Source of the DNA: Leucoraja erinacea
Taxonomy: Eukaryota
Assembly: GCF_028641065.1 (NCBI RefSeq)
Contig: NC_073382.1
Span: 32,426,001-32,490,000 of the forward strand
DNA: 64,000 nucleotides
Reading direction: 5' to 3'
Part shown: positions 23,845 to 34,981 of the stretch, in pieces
Numbering within the stretch: position 1 is the stretch's first letter
Layout of the letters: each line of letters opens with the position of its first letter
Notes under the pieces: model-generated
Seen by the model: only the letters and a program-made list of their open reading frames with translations
What the model was told of the DNA's origin: nothing
Database searches by the model: none
Program-made: the position numbers and the translations under genes

Positions 23845-25844
23845 GACGCTTGGTTCGGAAAAAGAGGGAGATCTACAATAATTATAGGCAGCATGGAGTA
23901 AATGAGGTGCTTGAGGAGTATAAAGAATGTAAAAAGAATCTTAAGAAAGAAATTAGAAAAGCTAAAAGAAGATATGGGGTTGCTTTGGCAAGTAAGGTAA
24001 AAGTAAATCCGAAGGGTTTCTACCGCTATATTAATAGCAAAAGGATAACAAGGGATAAAATTGGTCCATTAGAGAGTCAGAGTGGACAACTATCTGCAGA
24101 GCCAAAAGAGATGGGGGAGATATTGAACAGTTTCTTTTCTTCGGTATTCACCAAGGAGAAGGATATTGAATTATGTGAGGTAAGGGAAACAAGTAGAGTA
24201 GCTATGGAAACTATGAGGATCGAAGAAGAGGAAGTACTGACACTTTTGAGAAATATAAAAGTGGATAAGTCTCCAGGTCCGGACAGGATATTCCCTAGGA
24301 CATTGAGGGAAGTTAGTGTAGAAATAGCAGGGGCTATGGCAGAAATATTTCAAATGTCATTAGAAACGGGAATAGTGCCGGAGGATTGGCGTACTGCTCA
24401 TGTTGTTCCATTGTTTAAAAAGGGGTCTAAGAGTAAACCTAGCAATTATAGACCTGTTAGTTTGACGTCAGTGGTGGGCAAATTAATGGAAAGAATACTT
24501 AGAGATAATATATATAAGCATCTGGATAAACAGGGTCTGATTAGGAACAGTCAACATGGATTTGTGCCTGGAAGGTCATGTTTAACTAATCTTCTTGAAT
24601 TTTTTGAAGATGTTACTCGGGAAATTGATGAGGGTAAAGCAGTGGATGTTGTGTATATGGACTTCAGTAAGGCCTTTGACAAAGTTCCTCATGGAAGGTT
24701 GGTTAAGAAGGTTCAATGGTTGGGTATTAATGGTGGAGTAGCAAGATGGATTCAACAGTGGCTGAATGGGAGATGCCAGAGAGTAATGGTGGATGGTTGT
24801 TTGTCAGGTTGGAGGCCAGTGACGAGTGGGGTGCCACAGGGTCCACTGTTGTTTGTCATTTACATCAATGATCTGGATGATGGTGTGGTAAATTTGATTA
24901 GTAAGTATGCAGATGATACTAAGATAGGTGGGGTTGCGGGTAATGAAGTAGAGTTTCAAAGTCTACAGAGAGATTTATGCCAGTTGGAAGAGTGGGCTGA
25001 AAGATGGCAGATGGAGTTTAATGCTGATAAGTGTGAGGTGCCACATCTTGGCAGGACAAATCAAAATAGGACGTACATGGTAAATGGTAGGGAATTGAAG
25101 AATGTAGGTGAACAGAGGGATCTGGGAATAACTGTGCACAGTTCCCTGAAAGTGGAATCTCATATAGATAGGGTGGTAAAGAAAGCTTTTGGTGTGCTGG
25201 CCTTTATAAATCAGAGCATTGAGTATAGAAGTTGGGATGTAATGTTAAAATTGTACAAGGCATTGGTGAGGCCAATTCTGGAGTATGGTGTACAATTTTG
25301 GTCACCTAATTATAGGAAGGATGTCAACAAAATGGAGAGAGTACAGAGGAGATTTACTAGAATGTTGCCTGGGTTTCAGCAACTAAGTTACAGAGAAAGG
25401 TTGAACAAGTTAGGGCTTTATTCTTTGGAGCGCAGAAGGTTAAGGGGGACTTGATAGAGGTTTTTAAAATGATGAGAGGGATAGACAGAGTTGACATGGA
25501 AAAGCTTTTCCCACTGAGAGTAGGGAAGATTCAAACAAGGGGACATGACTTGAGAATTAAGGGACTGACGTTTAGGGGTAACATGAGGGGGAACTTCTTT
25601 ACTCAGAGAGTGGTAGCTGTGTGGAATGAGCTTCCAGTGAAGGTGGTGGAGGCAGGTTCGTTTTTATCATTTAAAAATGAATTGGATAGTTATATGGATG
25701 GGAAGGGAATGGAGGGTTATGGTCTGAGCGCATGTATATGGGACTAGGGGAGATTATGTGTTCGGCACGGACTAGAAGGGTCGAGATGGCCTGTTTCCAT
25801 GCTGTAATTGTTATATGGTTATATGGTTATATGGTTATATGGTT
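23845..25844 (+). mobile_element. CR1 LINE (2.0 kb, 5'-truncated) inserted in the DIRS element
   Basis: 534-aa ORF with KSPGPD, NYRPVSLTS, DFSKAFDKV and YADDTK. (TATGGTTA)n tail. TSD ATGTTG at 23839-23844 and 25845-25850. Confidence 0.96.
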
Positions 25845-27589
25845 ATGTTGAGGACCACTGGGAACCATGGCTGTGTAGGTTAGTCGGGTACTATCAAAAT
25901 ACCTGAAGCAGAGTCCATCTGTATTTTGCGTAGTACCCGACTGATGAGGCCGTAATACCTGACTGATGAGGTAGAAAAGGGGAGAACATAGAGATCAGTT
26001 TCTCCCCCCGCCCCCAGTTCAGCGGGAATGTATCCATTGCCGCTGCCTCAAGGTTTGGTTCCATGCGACATACATCGGTACATGGTGATTCAATTGTAAT
26101 ACAAGGAAATCGATATCTGGTGTTCCATATTGCTTTGTAATTTCAGTAAATACTTTGCTTTAATATGTCTGTTACAGTATTTAGCTCACCTGATAGGTAA
26201 GTTGCTGATGGTCAAATATGTTTGACGACATACCATTACCAATTGTTAAATAAATTGTCACATGATATCAATTTTATTCTGCCCATGTGGTTTGGTATAT
26301 GCCACCACTGTGATGTTGTCAATTTGTTGCGCATGCGTGCTGGACGGGTTCTTCACGTAGTCACTCACGTGACTCCGAAGTAAAATTAATACATTGTAGA
26401 AATTTACTGAGACAGTAAATGCAAGAATATCCCATGGTCATGGATTCTCTTCTCAATACGTCACCAATCTATTGTGGCTTTCCTTTTTCAGCTCTCCCTC
26501 AAAATCCTGTCTTGCAATGTTGTTGATTACTTTCTGCTACACTACAGAAGTCCACAAACGTTGCTTACCATAAAAATCTCATGGGTAATCAAGTATGGGC
26601 AATAAATAGTAGCCTTCCCAGCAGTGTGCACATTTAAAGAAAGAATAAAAATAAACACCAGGAAGAACTATGCACAAACGACCTGTTCCCTGATGCCTGC
26701 ACAGACTGCAAGCTCCCAGGTGCCAGCAAGCAGTTCTTAATTATTGGTTTATTCAGAGTGACAGAAAATAACTATCATTTTTGACTATCACCTGTACAGA
26801 TGAAGAGTTAAGTATGGAAAAGGTTTTGCTATTATGATCTAATTATAGTCACACAAGGGATTATTTTAACTCACCGTTAGCATGTTGAAATGTGGAAATC
26901 CACAAAATGTACCGTTTTGTTCAAAACTCACTCATACTTCAAGCAGATAATTAAACAACTGTTCAACCTATCCCCCATGAATTGGTTGTTCCTATTATTG
27001 TTTCCCATTCATCGCTTTATTCATTCAATGGGCACCATGAGGCAATATCTCATTAAAGTGCAACTAAAGCTGATCAACTACTGCAATACCTTTGAGATCC
27101 TTGGCAATTAACAAGCTGTAGCCACTGAATGACAATTAGGCCTAAAACACTTAATCGCAAGAGAAATTGTGCTTAAACTGCAGGGTCAGGGAGTACCCTG
27201 ACATCCTAGTACATCCAAGATTTTCACGTACAATAATGTTTGTATAACAACTTCTATTATAAACCTTTTCACATTACAACACTGTATCAACAATTATCTC
27301 CTATCCCTGCTGCAACAAACCAGCACCAATAACTATCAAACATGAACCTCTTAAAGGTAAGAAGTTCATTGGCTGGAAGATGTTTTAAAGATGAATGACA
27401 TGGGCAAACTCATAGATATTATCTATATGGACTTCAATAAGGCCTTCAAAGAGATTCAACATGGTAAAATGCTCTGGAAAATTAGTCTGTAAGGTATGTA
27501 GTTCCCTGATACTGGCATTGCAGGTAGATAAGGTAGTAAAGAAGGCTTTTGGAACATTGGCACAATCAGAGTACATTGTGTTGCAGTTA

Positions 27590-29235
27590 TGGGCCTGTCC
27601 CACTTAGGCAACTTTTTAAAATTACTACAGGAGACTATGCGGTCGCCACATGGTCGCCACATGTTCGCGGGTGGTTGCCGGGGAGTCGCCATCATGGTCA
27701 TGAGTAGTGCCCTCAGAATTGCAACAAGTCGTAATGGCATTCTGGTCGACCAGAATTTTGACACCATGGAGATAGCGAGAATTTTTGTGGCATTGGTGCA
27801 GTGGTAATGGGTCACCAGGAGGTCGAAGGTTGTCGTAGGTTGTCGCCATTGCTGACCGGTGAATTTGGCTAAACAGCTCCACTTGGTGACTCGAAACTAG
27901 TGCGTCGTCATTGTGCATTTTTGTGTACTGTGCACTGATTTTAGTTATTTTGAATATAATAATAACGCCAGCCTTTATTGTTGTAAAAGTGATGGTTCTT
28001 TAAAGATTTATCATAGGCAATCTCACATTTTATGCATCAATAAGACTTTTTAAGGACATTTTATATAAGGATGTTCTTTATAATCTAAAAACAAATCCAT
28101 CTTTTATTTTATTAAAGTGATGATTCTTTAAAGATTTGTTATGGAAAATTTCACATTTTATCTGGTTATAATATTTTTTATGCACCATAGTATGTTGCTA
28201 GCAACATTTGTTTGCTTATAAAACTTTTGTATGTTTCATTATCAATAAAGGGAAAGGCTGACATTTTTACCACAAATTGATGTATGAATATAATTGTTTT
28301 TCAGAGTACTCATGTCATTACTTATATCTCATATATTTCATTTTTCATATTTTGATATCAATAAAACAAACACAAATTCAAGCAATGCACTGCATTTAAA
28401 AGAAGATTCTTTATATATATATGTTGATGAATAAATCAAACACATGCAATGCACTGCATTGAAAAGCTTCTTTACCACCATTTAAAAGAAGATTATTTTT
28501 ATATTTTGCTGAACCTAACAAACACAAGCATTGCATTGAAAGCTTTTTTTACCACCATTAGAAGACGATTTTTCAATATATTTTGATGAATCTAAAAAAA
28601 CACAAGCAATGCACTGCATTTACAAGCAGATTTTTTAAAATATATTTTCACATACTTTGATGAATAAAACTAAAACAAGCAATGCATTTAATAGAAGATT
28701 ATTTCCATATATGTTCATGTATCAAACAAACACAAAGACAAGCAATGTACTGCATTGAGAATTTAAAATATATATATATATATATATTTTAGTCACTAGC
28801 AGCAAGGATTCTATTTCTACTGAGAGCAATCGCCTCTGAAGTTGCTTCATGGTAGTCATGACTCGGAATGATTGGGAACCCCACCCCGCAAACCCTTTAA
28901 TAGTAAAATAGGATGATGTCATTGATTTGGAGTTCAAAATGATGTTCTGTGACATCGACAGGGAAGTAGCTTGTTGTATCTTGAATTTGGTTATCGTAGG
29001 TATAGTCATAGGTGTGTCGAAGGAGGACATCCTAAGTCAGCAATATTAGGTTGCCAGTTGTCGGGAGCATAACCGTAGCGTGACGTCGACTAGATCATAG
29101 GTTGTCGTAGGTTTTCGTTGCTTGTCGTAGCCATAGTCTTAGGATGGGGTTCAGTCAATGGTTTTACGACAATCCGACAAGACTATGACAGTCACCGGCA
29201 GTCGCCTAAAAAGTCGCCTAAGTGAGACATGCCCA
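27590..29235. mobile_element. PIF/Harbinger-type non-autonomous DNA transposon (1.65 kb)
   Basis: TIRs tgggcctgtcccacttaggc / gcctaagtgagacatgccca, TTA on both sides. Confidence 0.85.
28365..28770. repeat. Degenerate tandem repeat (aagcaatgcactgcatt core) inside the Harbinger element
   Basis: About six copies of aca-agcaatgcactgcatt alternating with agaagatt...tgatgaat blocks. Confidence 0.8.
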
Positions 29236-29413
29236 TTAGTCATGGAGTCATATTTTCATACAGTTTGGAAACAGGCCTTTCTGCCCAACTTGCCGACGCA
29301 AAATAACATGCCACATCTACACCAGATCCGCCTGCCTGTATTTGACCCATATCCATCTAAACCTATCCTATACATGTACCTAAACTATCTCCTCCAAAGG
29401 TTTATTCCATATA

Positions 29414-31763
29414 CAGCGCATTCAGAAAGTATTCAGACCCCTTCACTTTTTTCCATATTTTGTTACGTTACAGCCTTATTCTAAATGGATTAAATTCATT
29501 TTTGTAATCATCAATCTATACACAATACCTCATAATATAAAAGTGAAAACAGGTGTTTAGAAAATTTTGTAATGTAATCAAAAAAAAAACTGAAATATCG
29601 CATTTACATAAGTATTATACAGACCCTTTACTACGACACTCAAAATTTAACTTTGGCGCATCCTGTTTCCATTGATTATCCTTGAGATGTTTCTACAACT
29701 TGATTGGAGTCCACCAGTGGTAAAATAAATTGATTGTTCATGATTTGGAATGGCACACACATGTCTATATAAGGTCCCACAGTTGACAGTGCATGTCAGA
29801 GCAAAAACCAAGCCATGAAGACGAAGGAATTGTCCATAGACCTCAGAGACAAGATTGTGTCGAAACACAGATCTGGGGAAGGGTATAAAACAATTTCTGC
29901 AGCATTGCCGAAGAGCCCAGTGGCCTCCATCATTCATAAATGGAAGAACTTTGAAACCACCAGGACTCTTCATAGAGGTGGCCGTCCGGCCAAACTGAGC
30001 AATCGGGGGAAAAGGGCCTTGGTCAGGGGGGTGACCAAGAACCCGATGGTCATTCTGACAGAGCTCCCAAGTTCCTCTGTGGAGATGGGAGAAATTTCCA
30101 GAAGGACAACTATATCTGCAGCACCACCAATCAGGCCTATATGGTAGCCTGGCCAGATGGAATGACAAAGGGCAAAGGACATTTATTTGTCACATACACC
30201 AATTGGTGTAGTGAAATTTGTCTTGCCATGCAGCACACAGATAAAGATAAGACACAACATTAAAGAATTTAACAATAAACATAAAAATAAAAACATCCTC
30301 CCACAATGGTTCCCATTATGAGGGAAGGCACAAAGTACAGTCCCCATCCCCTTGTCCACCCATATTCGGGCCTATTGAGGCTTCTGCAGGCGCCGCTACG
30401 GGGCCTGATGTTCCAGGCCGTTCTCGCCGGGTGATGGTGGTCCTGCGTCGGGAGAATCCTCTCTGCGGCTGGGGGCACCTGGAGCAGCCGCTTCCTAACT
30501 GGAGACCGCGGCTTCCGAAGCCAACATGGCCGCCCTCAATGGAGCTCCACCACTGGTGATCTCGTCACGAGATCCCAGGCTCCCGGTGAAAAGTTCAGTG
30601 CCGCTGCCCGCAGCTGGCCGCTCCTCAGACCCGCAGGTCCACGATGTTCACCTGTGGTCTCAGCATTCCGGAGCTCCAGCGCGGCGACCCGGGCAAGGCG
30701 TCAACCGCTCCGCGATAGCACTCTAGCACTGTGCCACCGCCGAAGCCTTGGTTCTGGGCGGTCCCCGGCGACCCGGGCGACGCATCACCAGCTCCATGCC
30801 CGCTGGTAGGCCGCGAGGATGGGTCGAAGGTGCTGCCCGGAGAAAAGCTGCCTCTCCGACCAGATAGAGACCCTAGAAAACAGTTTCCCCCTACCCCCAC
30901 ATAAAAAAGGCAATAACTCCGAAATCCAAAAATCTCAACTAACTAAAAATAAAAAAAGAGAGAAAAAACGGACAGCTGCAGGCTGGGCAGCCATATCCGT
31001 AGAGGACGGCGTCTGTAGAAGCCACTCCTCAGTAAATGACATGACAGCCTGTTTGGTTTGCCAAAAGACATGAGAAACAGCATTCTCTGGTCTGATGAAA
31101 CCAAGATTGAACTCTATGGCCTAAATGTCAAATGCCACATCTGGAGGAACCAGGCACCGCTCATCACCTGGCCATTGCCATACCTACGGTGAAGCATGGT
31201 TGTGGGAGCATCATGCTGTGGGGATGTTTTTCAGCAGCAGGAACTGGGCGACTGGTCAGGATTGAGGGAAAGATGAACAAAGCTAAGTACAGAGAGATCC
31301 TTGAGAAAAAACCTGCTCCAGAGCGTCCAGGACTTCAGTCTGGGGCAGAGGTTCAACTCTCAACAGGACAACCCTACGCACACAGCCAAGACAATGCAGG
31401 AGATGTTTTGTGACAAGTCTGTGAATGTCCTTGAGTGTCCCAGCCGAAGCCTGGACATGAACCCGATCAAATATCTCTGGAGAGACCTGAAAATAGTTGT
31501 GCATCGACACTCCCCATCCACCTGACAGAGCTTGAGAGGATCTGCAGAGAAAAATGGGAGAAATTACCCAAATACATGTTTGCCAAGCATGTAGCGTCAT
31601 ACCCAAGAAGACTTGAGGCTGTAATCGCTGCCAAAGGTGCCTCAACAAACTACTGAGTGAAGGGTCTAAATATTTATGTAAATGTGACATTTCAGTTATT
31701 TATATTTAATTACTTTGCAAAAATTTCTAAACACCTGTTTTCTCTGTTTTACTATGGGTTATT
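29414..31763 (+). mobile_element. Tc1 transposon with a defective transposase; right TIR truncated; interrupted at 30166-31012
   Basis: TA followed by cagcgcattcagaaagtattcagacccc. Protein fragments [46 protein letters not shown] and DMNPIKYLW. Confidence 0.93.
30166..31012 (-). mobile_element. GC-rich non-autonomous retroposon (copy B) inserted in the Tc1 transposase
   Basis: Colinear with copy A. The Tc1 reading ggccagatggaa|gccactcctcagtaaa resumes after it. Confidence 0.85.
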
Positions 31764-31835
31764 TCTCTATTTCTCGATTCCCCTACTGGGTAAAGGATTT
31801 GTGCATTTACCCTATCTATTTGTCTCATGATCAAA

Positions 31836-32480
31836 TCTCTACAATTATAAAACTCAGATCTTGGATGTGGATGTATTTATTTGTGTGTGAGTGTGTGTGT
31901 TTTGTTTGTCTGTGATTCACATCTCCTCAAAAACACAACGTGCTAACGGTGACATTTTTACATATTCCGATAGAGATTACCTCATGATCTCAAAAAGTCG
32001 GCTCATCTGAAAATATAATTCATTATTTCTTGAATTATTTATTAAAATTGTCACAAAAATGAAATATTTTTAAAACTAACGAGCTGATGACGTCACAATG
32101 GCTCTGCTCCTTGCGGCATGCTGCACAGTGTTTTCAACGAGCAGCCTGCTGGGAATTTTTCCCACGCGATTCGAGTTACGTTCAACCACCCCCCCCCAAC
32201 TCGCAGTAATCTGTTCGCAGCCGACTGGCACTCGGCCTGCTGTCTTCCCCCCCCCACCCCACCCACATCCCAGCCGCACACCACCCCCCCCCCCCCCCCC
32301 CCCCCCCCCCCGGGCTCTGGAATGATGCCGCTAAACACGCAGTCATTTGGTTGGGCTTCCGAAGGCTTCTGTGGGTTTTCAGAGGTCCCACAAAGTCTCG
32401 CGAGGTCCCAAGTGCTACCGAGTCCCGCCACCAGCTCGCAGCAGCTCAGTGTCCGTGGTGCCGAGATCAAATACGGCCTT
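31836..32480 (+). mobile_element. Helitron-like element 5' portion
   Basis: tctctacaattataaaactcagatcttg resembles the 5' end at 19358 (tcgatattactaaatctctgatcttg). No 3' CTAG end found. Confidence 0.5.
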
Positions 32481-33770
32481 CCCCTTCCCCTCACATATCT
32501 CCGTCCTCCTCTCCACCCTCCCCCTCCTCTCCCCCACTCCCCCCCTCTCCCCCCTCTCCCCCCTCTCTGCACCTCTCCCCACTCTCCCCCTCTCACTCCT
32601 CTCCCCTTCTCTCCCTCCTCCCCTCCTTCCCCCTCCCTCCACCCCCTCTCCCCATCCTTCCTCACACCTCCCCCTTCTCCTCCCCTCCCACTCCCATCCC
32701 CGCCAGCCCCATTCCCCCCTCTAACCCCCTAACCCCCCACTCCCCCCATCCCCCCTTTTCCAACTCCCTCCCCACGCCCCTCCATCGCTCCCCACCCCCT
32801 TGTCACCCTCCCCCATCCCCCCCTCTCCCGCTCTCTGTGCCCTCTCTTCCCCCTCCTCTCCCCACTTCTCCTCTCTCCCCGCACCTCTACCAACCCCTCC
32901 CCCCTCCTCACCCTCCCTATCAACCCTCCTCTCCCCCCTTCCCCCCCTCTCTCTCCACCCACTCACATCCCCTCCTTCTCCCTCACACCTCCCCTCTCCC
33001 CCCTCTCCCTCCTCCCCCTCTCCCCCCACTCCCCCCTATCCCCCCTCTCTCCCCCTCTCTCCCCCTCTCTCCCCCCTCTCTCCCATTCTCCCCCTCCATC
33101 TCTCCGTCCACCCCTCCCTCCCCCTCCAGCCTCCCCTTCTACCCTCTCTCCCACCTCTTCACCTCCCGTTCCCACCCCTCGTCCTCCCCCCCTCCCCTTC
33201 CCCACCCCCTATATGTCCCTCTCTCTTCACCCTCCTCTCCCCCCCACTCCCCCACTCCTCCCTCTCCCCGCTCCTCCCCACCCTTTCCCCCTCCGCCCTC
33301 CACTCCACTCCACCCTCCTCTCCCCCTCCCCCTCTCCCCTTTTTTCCTCTTCCCCACTTTTCCACTTTCCCCTCCCTACCCATTCCACCTCACTACCCCT
33401 TCCTCCCCCCCTCGCCACTCCCCCCACCCCCACTCCTTCCACCTCTTCCCCTTCTCCCCCCCTCTCCCCCCCCCTCTCTCCCCCTCTCTCTCTTTCCCTC
33501 TCTCTCCCCTCTCTCTCCCCTCTCTCTCCCCCTCTCTCTCCCCTCTCTCTCACTCCTCTCTCTCCTCCCTCTCCACCTCTCTATCTCCCTCCCCCCCCCC
33601 TCTCTCCCCCTCTCTCTCCTCCCTCTCATCCCCCTCTCACGCCCCTCTACCCTTGTCTCTCACCCCTCTCCCCCTCCCTCTCTCCCTCCTCCCCTCCCTC
33701 CCACTCTCCCCAATCCCCTCTCCCCCTCTCTGACTCCTCTCTTCCACCTTCTCTCCGCCACTCCACACTC
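32480..33770. repeat. C/T-rich low-complexity tract
   Basis: Almost purely C/T on the + strand for 1.3 kb. It resumes at 34740-34970. Confidence 0.95.
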
Positions 33771-34739
33771 GAGGGAATTGAATGCAACATCTCCAAGCTT
33801 GCGGATGACACGAAGCTGGGGGGCAGTGTTAGCTGTGAGGAGGATACTAGGAGGCTGCAATGTGGCTTGGATAGGCTGGGTGAGTGGGCAAATGCATGGC
33901 AGATGCAGTATAATGTGGATAAATGTGAGGTTATCCACTTTGGTGGCAAAAACAGGAAAGTAGACTGTTATCTGAATGGTGGCCGATTAGGAAAGGGGGA
34001 GATGCAACGAGACCTGGGTGTCATGGTACACCAGTCATTGAAAGTAGGCATGCAGGTGCAGCAAGCAGTGAAGAAAGCGAATGGTATGTTAGAATTCATA
34101 GCAAAAGGATTTGAGTATAGGAGTAGGGAGGTTCTACTGCAGTTGTACAGGGTCTTGGTGAGACCACACCTGGAGTATTGCGTGCAGTTTTGGTCTCCTA
34201 ATCTGTGGAAAGACATTCTTGCCATAGAGGGAGTACAGAGAAGGTTAACCAGACTTATTCATGGGATGTCAGGACTTTCATATGAAGAAAGACTGGACAG
34301 ACTTGGCTTGTACTCGCTAGAATTTAGAAGATTGAGGGGAGATTTTATAGACACTTACAAAATTCTTAAGAGGTTGGACAGGCAAGATGCAGGAAGATTG
34401 TTCCCGATGTTGGGGAAGTCCAGAACAAGGGGTCACAGTTTCAGGATAAGGGGAAATCTTTTAGTACCGAGATGATGAAAACATTTTTCACACAGAGAGT
34501 GATGAATCTCTGGAATTCTCTGCCACAGAAGGTAGTTGAGGCCAGTTCATTGGCTATATTTAAGAGGGAGTTAGATGTGGCCCTTGTGGCTAAAGGGATC
34601 AGGGAGTATGGAGAGAAGGCAGGTACAGGATACTGAGTTGGAAGATCAGCCATGATCATATTAAATGGCGGTGCAGGCTCGAAGGGCCGAATGGCCTACT
34701 CCTGCACCTATTTTCTATGTTTTTATGTTTCTATGTTTC
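33771..34739 (+). mobile_element. 5'-truncated CR1, same family as 3697-5647
   Basis: ISKLADDTKLGG...RTRGHS and a (TTCTATGT)n tail. Confidence 0.95.
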
Positions 34740-34981
34740 TCCCCGTACTCCCCTCACCTCTCCCCCCTCTTTCTCCCCACACTCCCCTCTCCCTTCCCCC
34801 TCCCTCCTCTCTCTCCCCGCCCCCGCTCCCCCTCTCCCACTTCCCCCCTTCTCTCTCGCCCTCCACCCTTCTCTCACCTCCCCCCCCTCCTTCCTCATCC
34901 CCCCCCCCCCCCCCACCCCCCCCCCCCCTCCCATTCCCCTCCCCCTCCCCCCTCATCCCGTCACTCCCTCTAATGGTCACC

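Larger units (their letters stand above)
22223..26386 (-). mobile_element. DIRS1-like tyrosine-recombinase retrotransposon, internally deleted
   Basis: ITRs at ~22296-22327 and ~26328-26360, ICR at ~22447-22558. YR motifs YSAINTARSALS, KSHSTRAASTS and ILATAGWS. RNase H remnant QIDNITVVAY and methyltransferase-like remnant (PDIDF..., IVPD*PTQPWFP) at 25850-26325. Confidence 0.92.

Noticed and set aside
25935-25975. Two CTGATGAG motifs resembling a hammerhead core
   Set aside because: They are the antisense of DIRS coding sequence (ctcatcagtcgggtact) in a short tandem duplication, with no stem II/GAAA geometry.
28365-28770. Regularly spaced repeats suggesting a CRISPR-like array
   Set aside because: The spacers are themselves similar, the repeats are degenerate, the context is eukaryotic and no cas genes are present.
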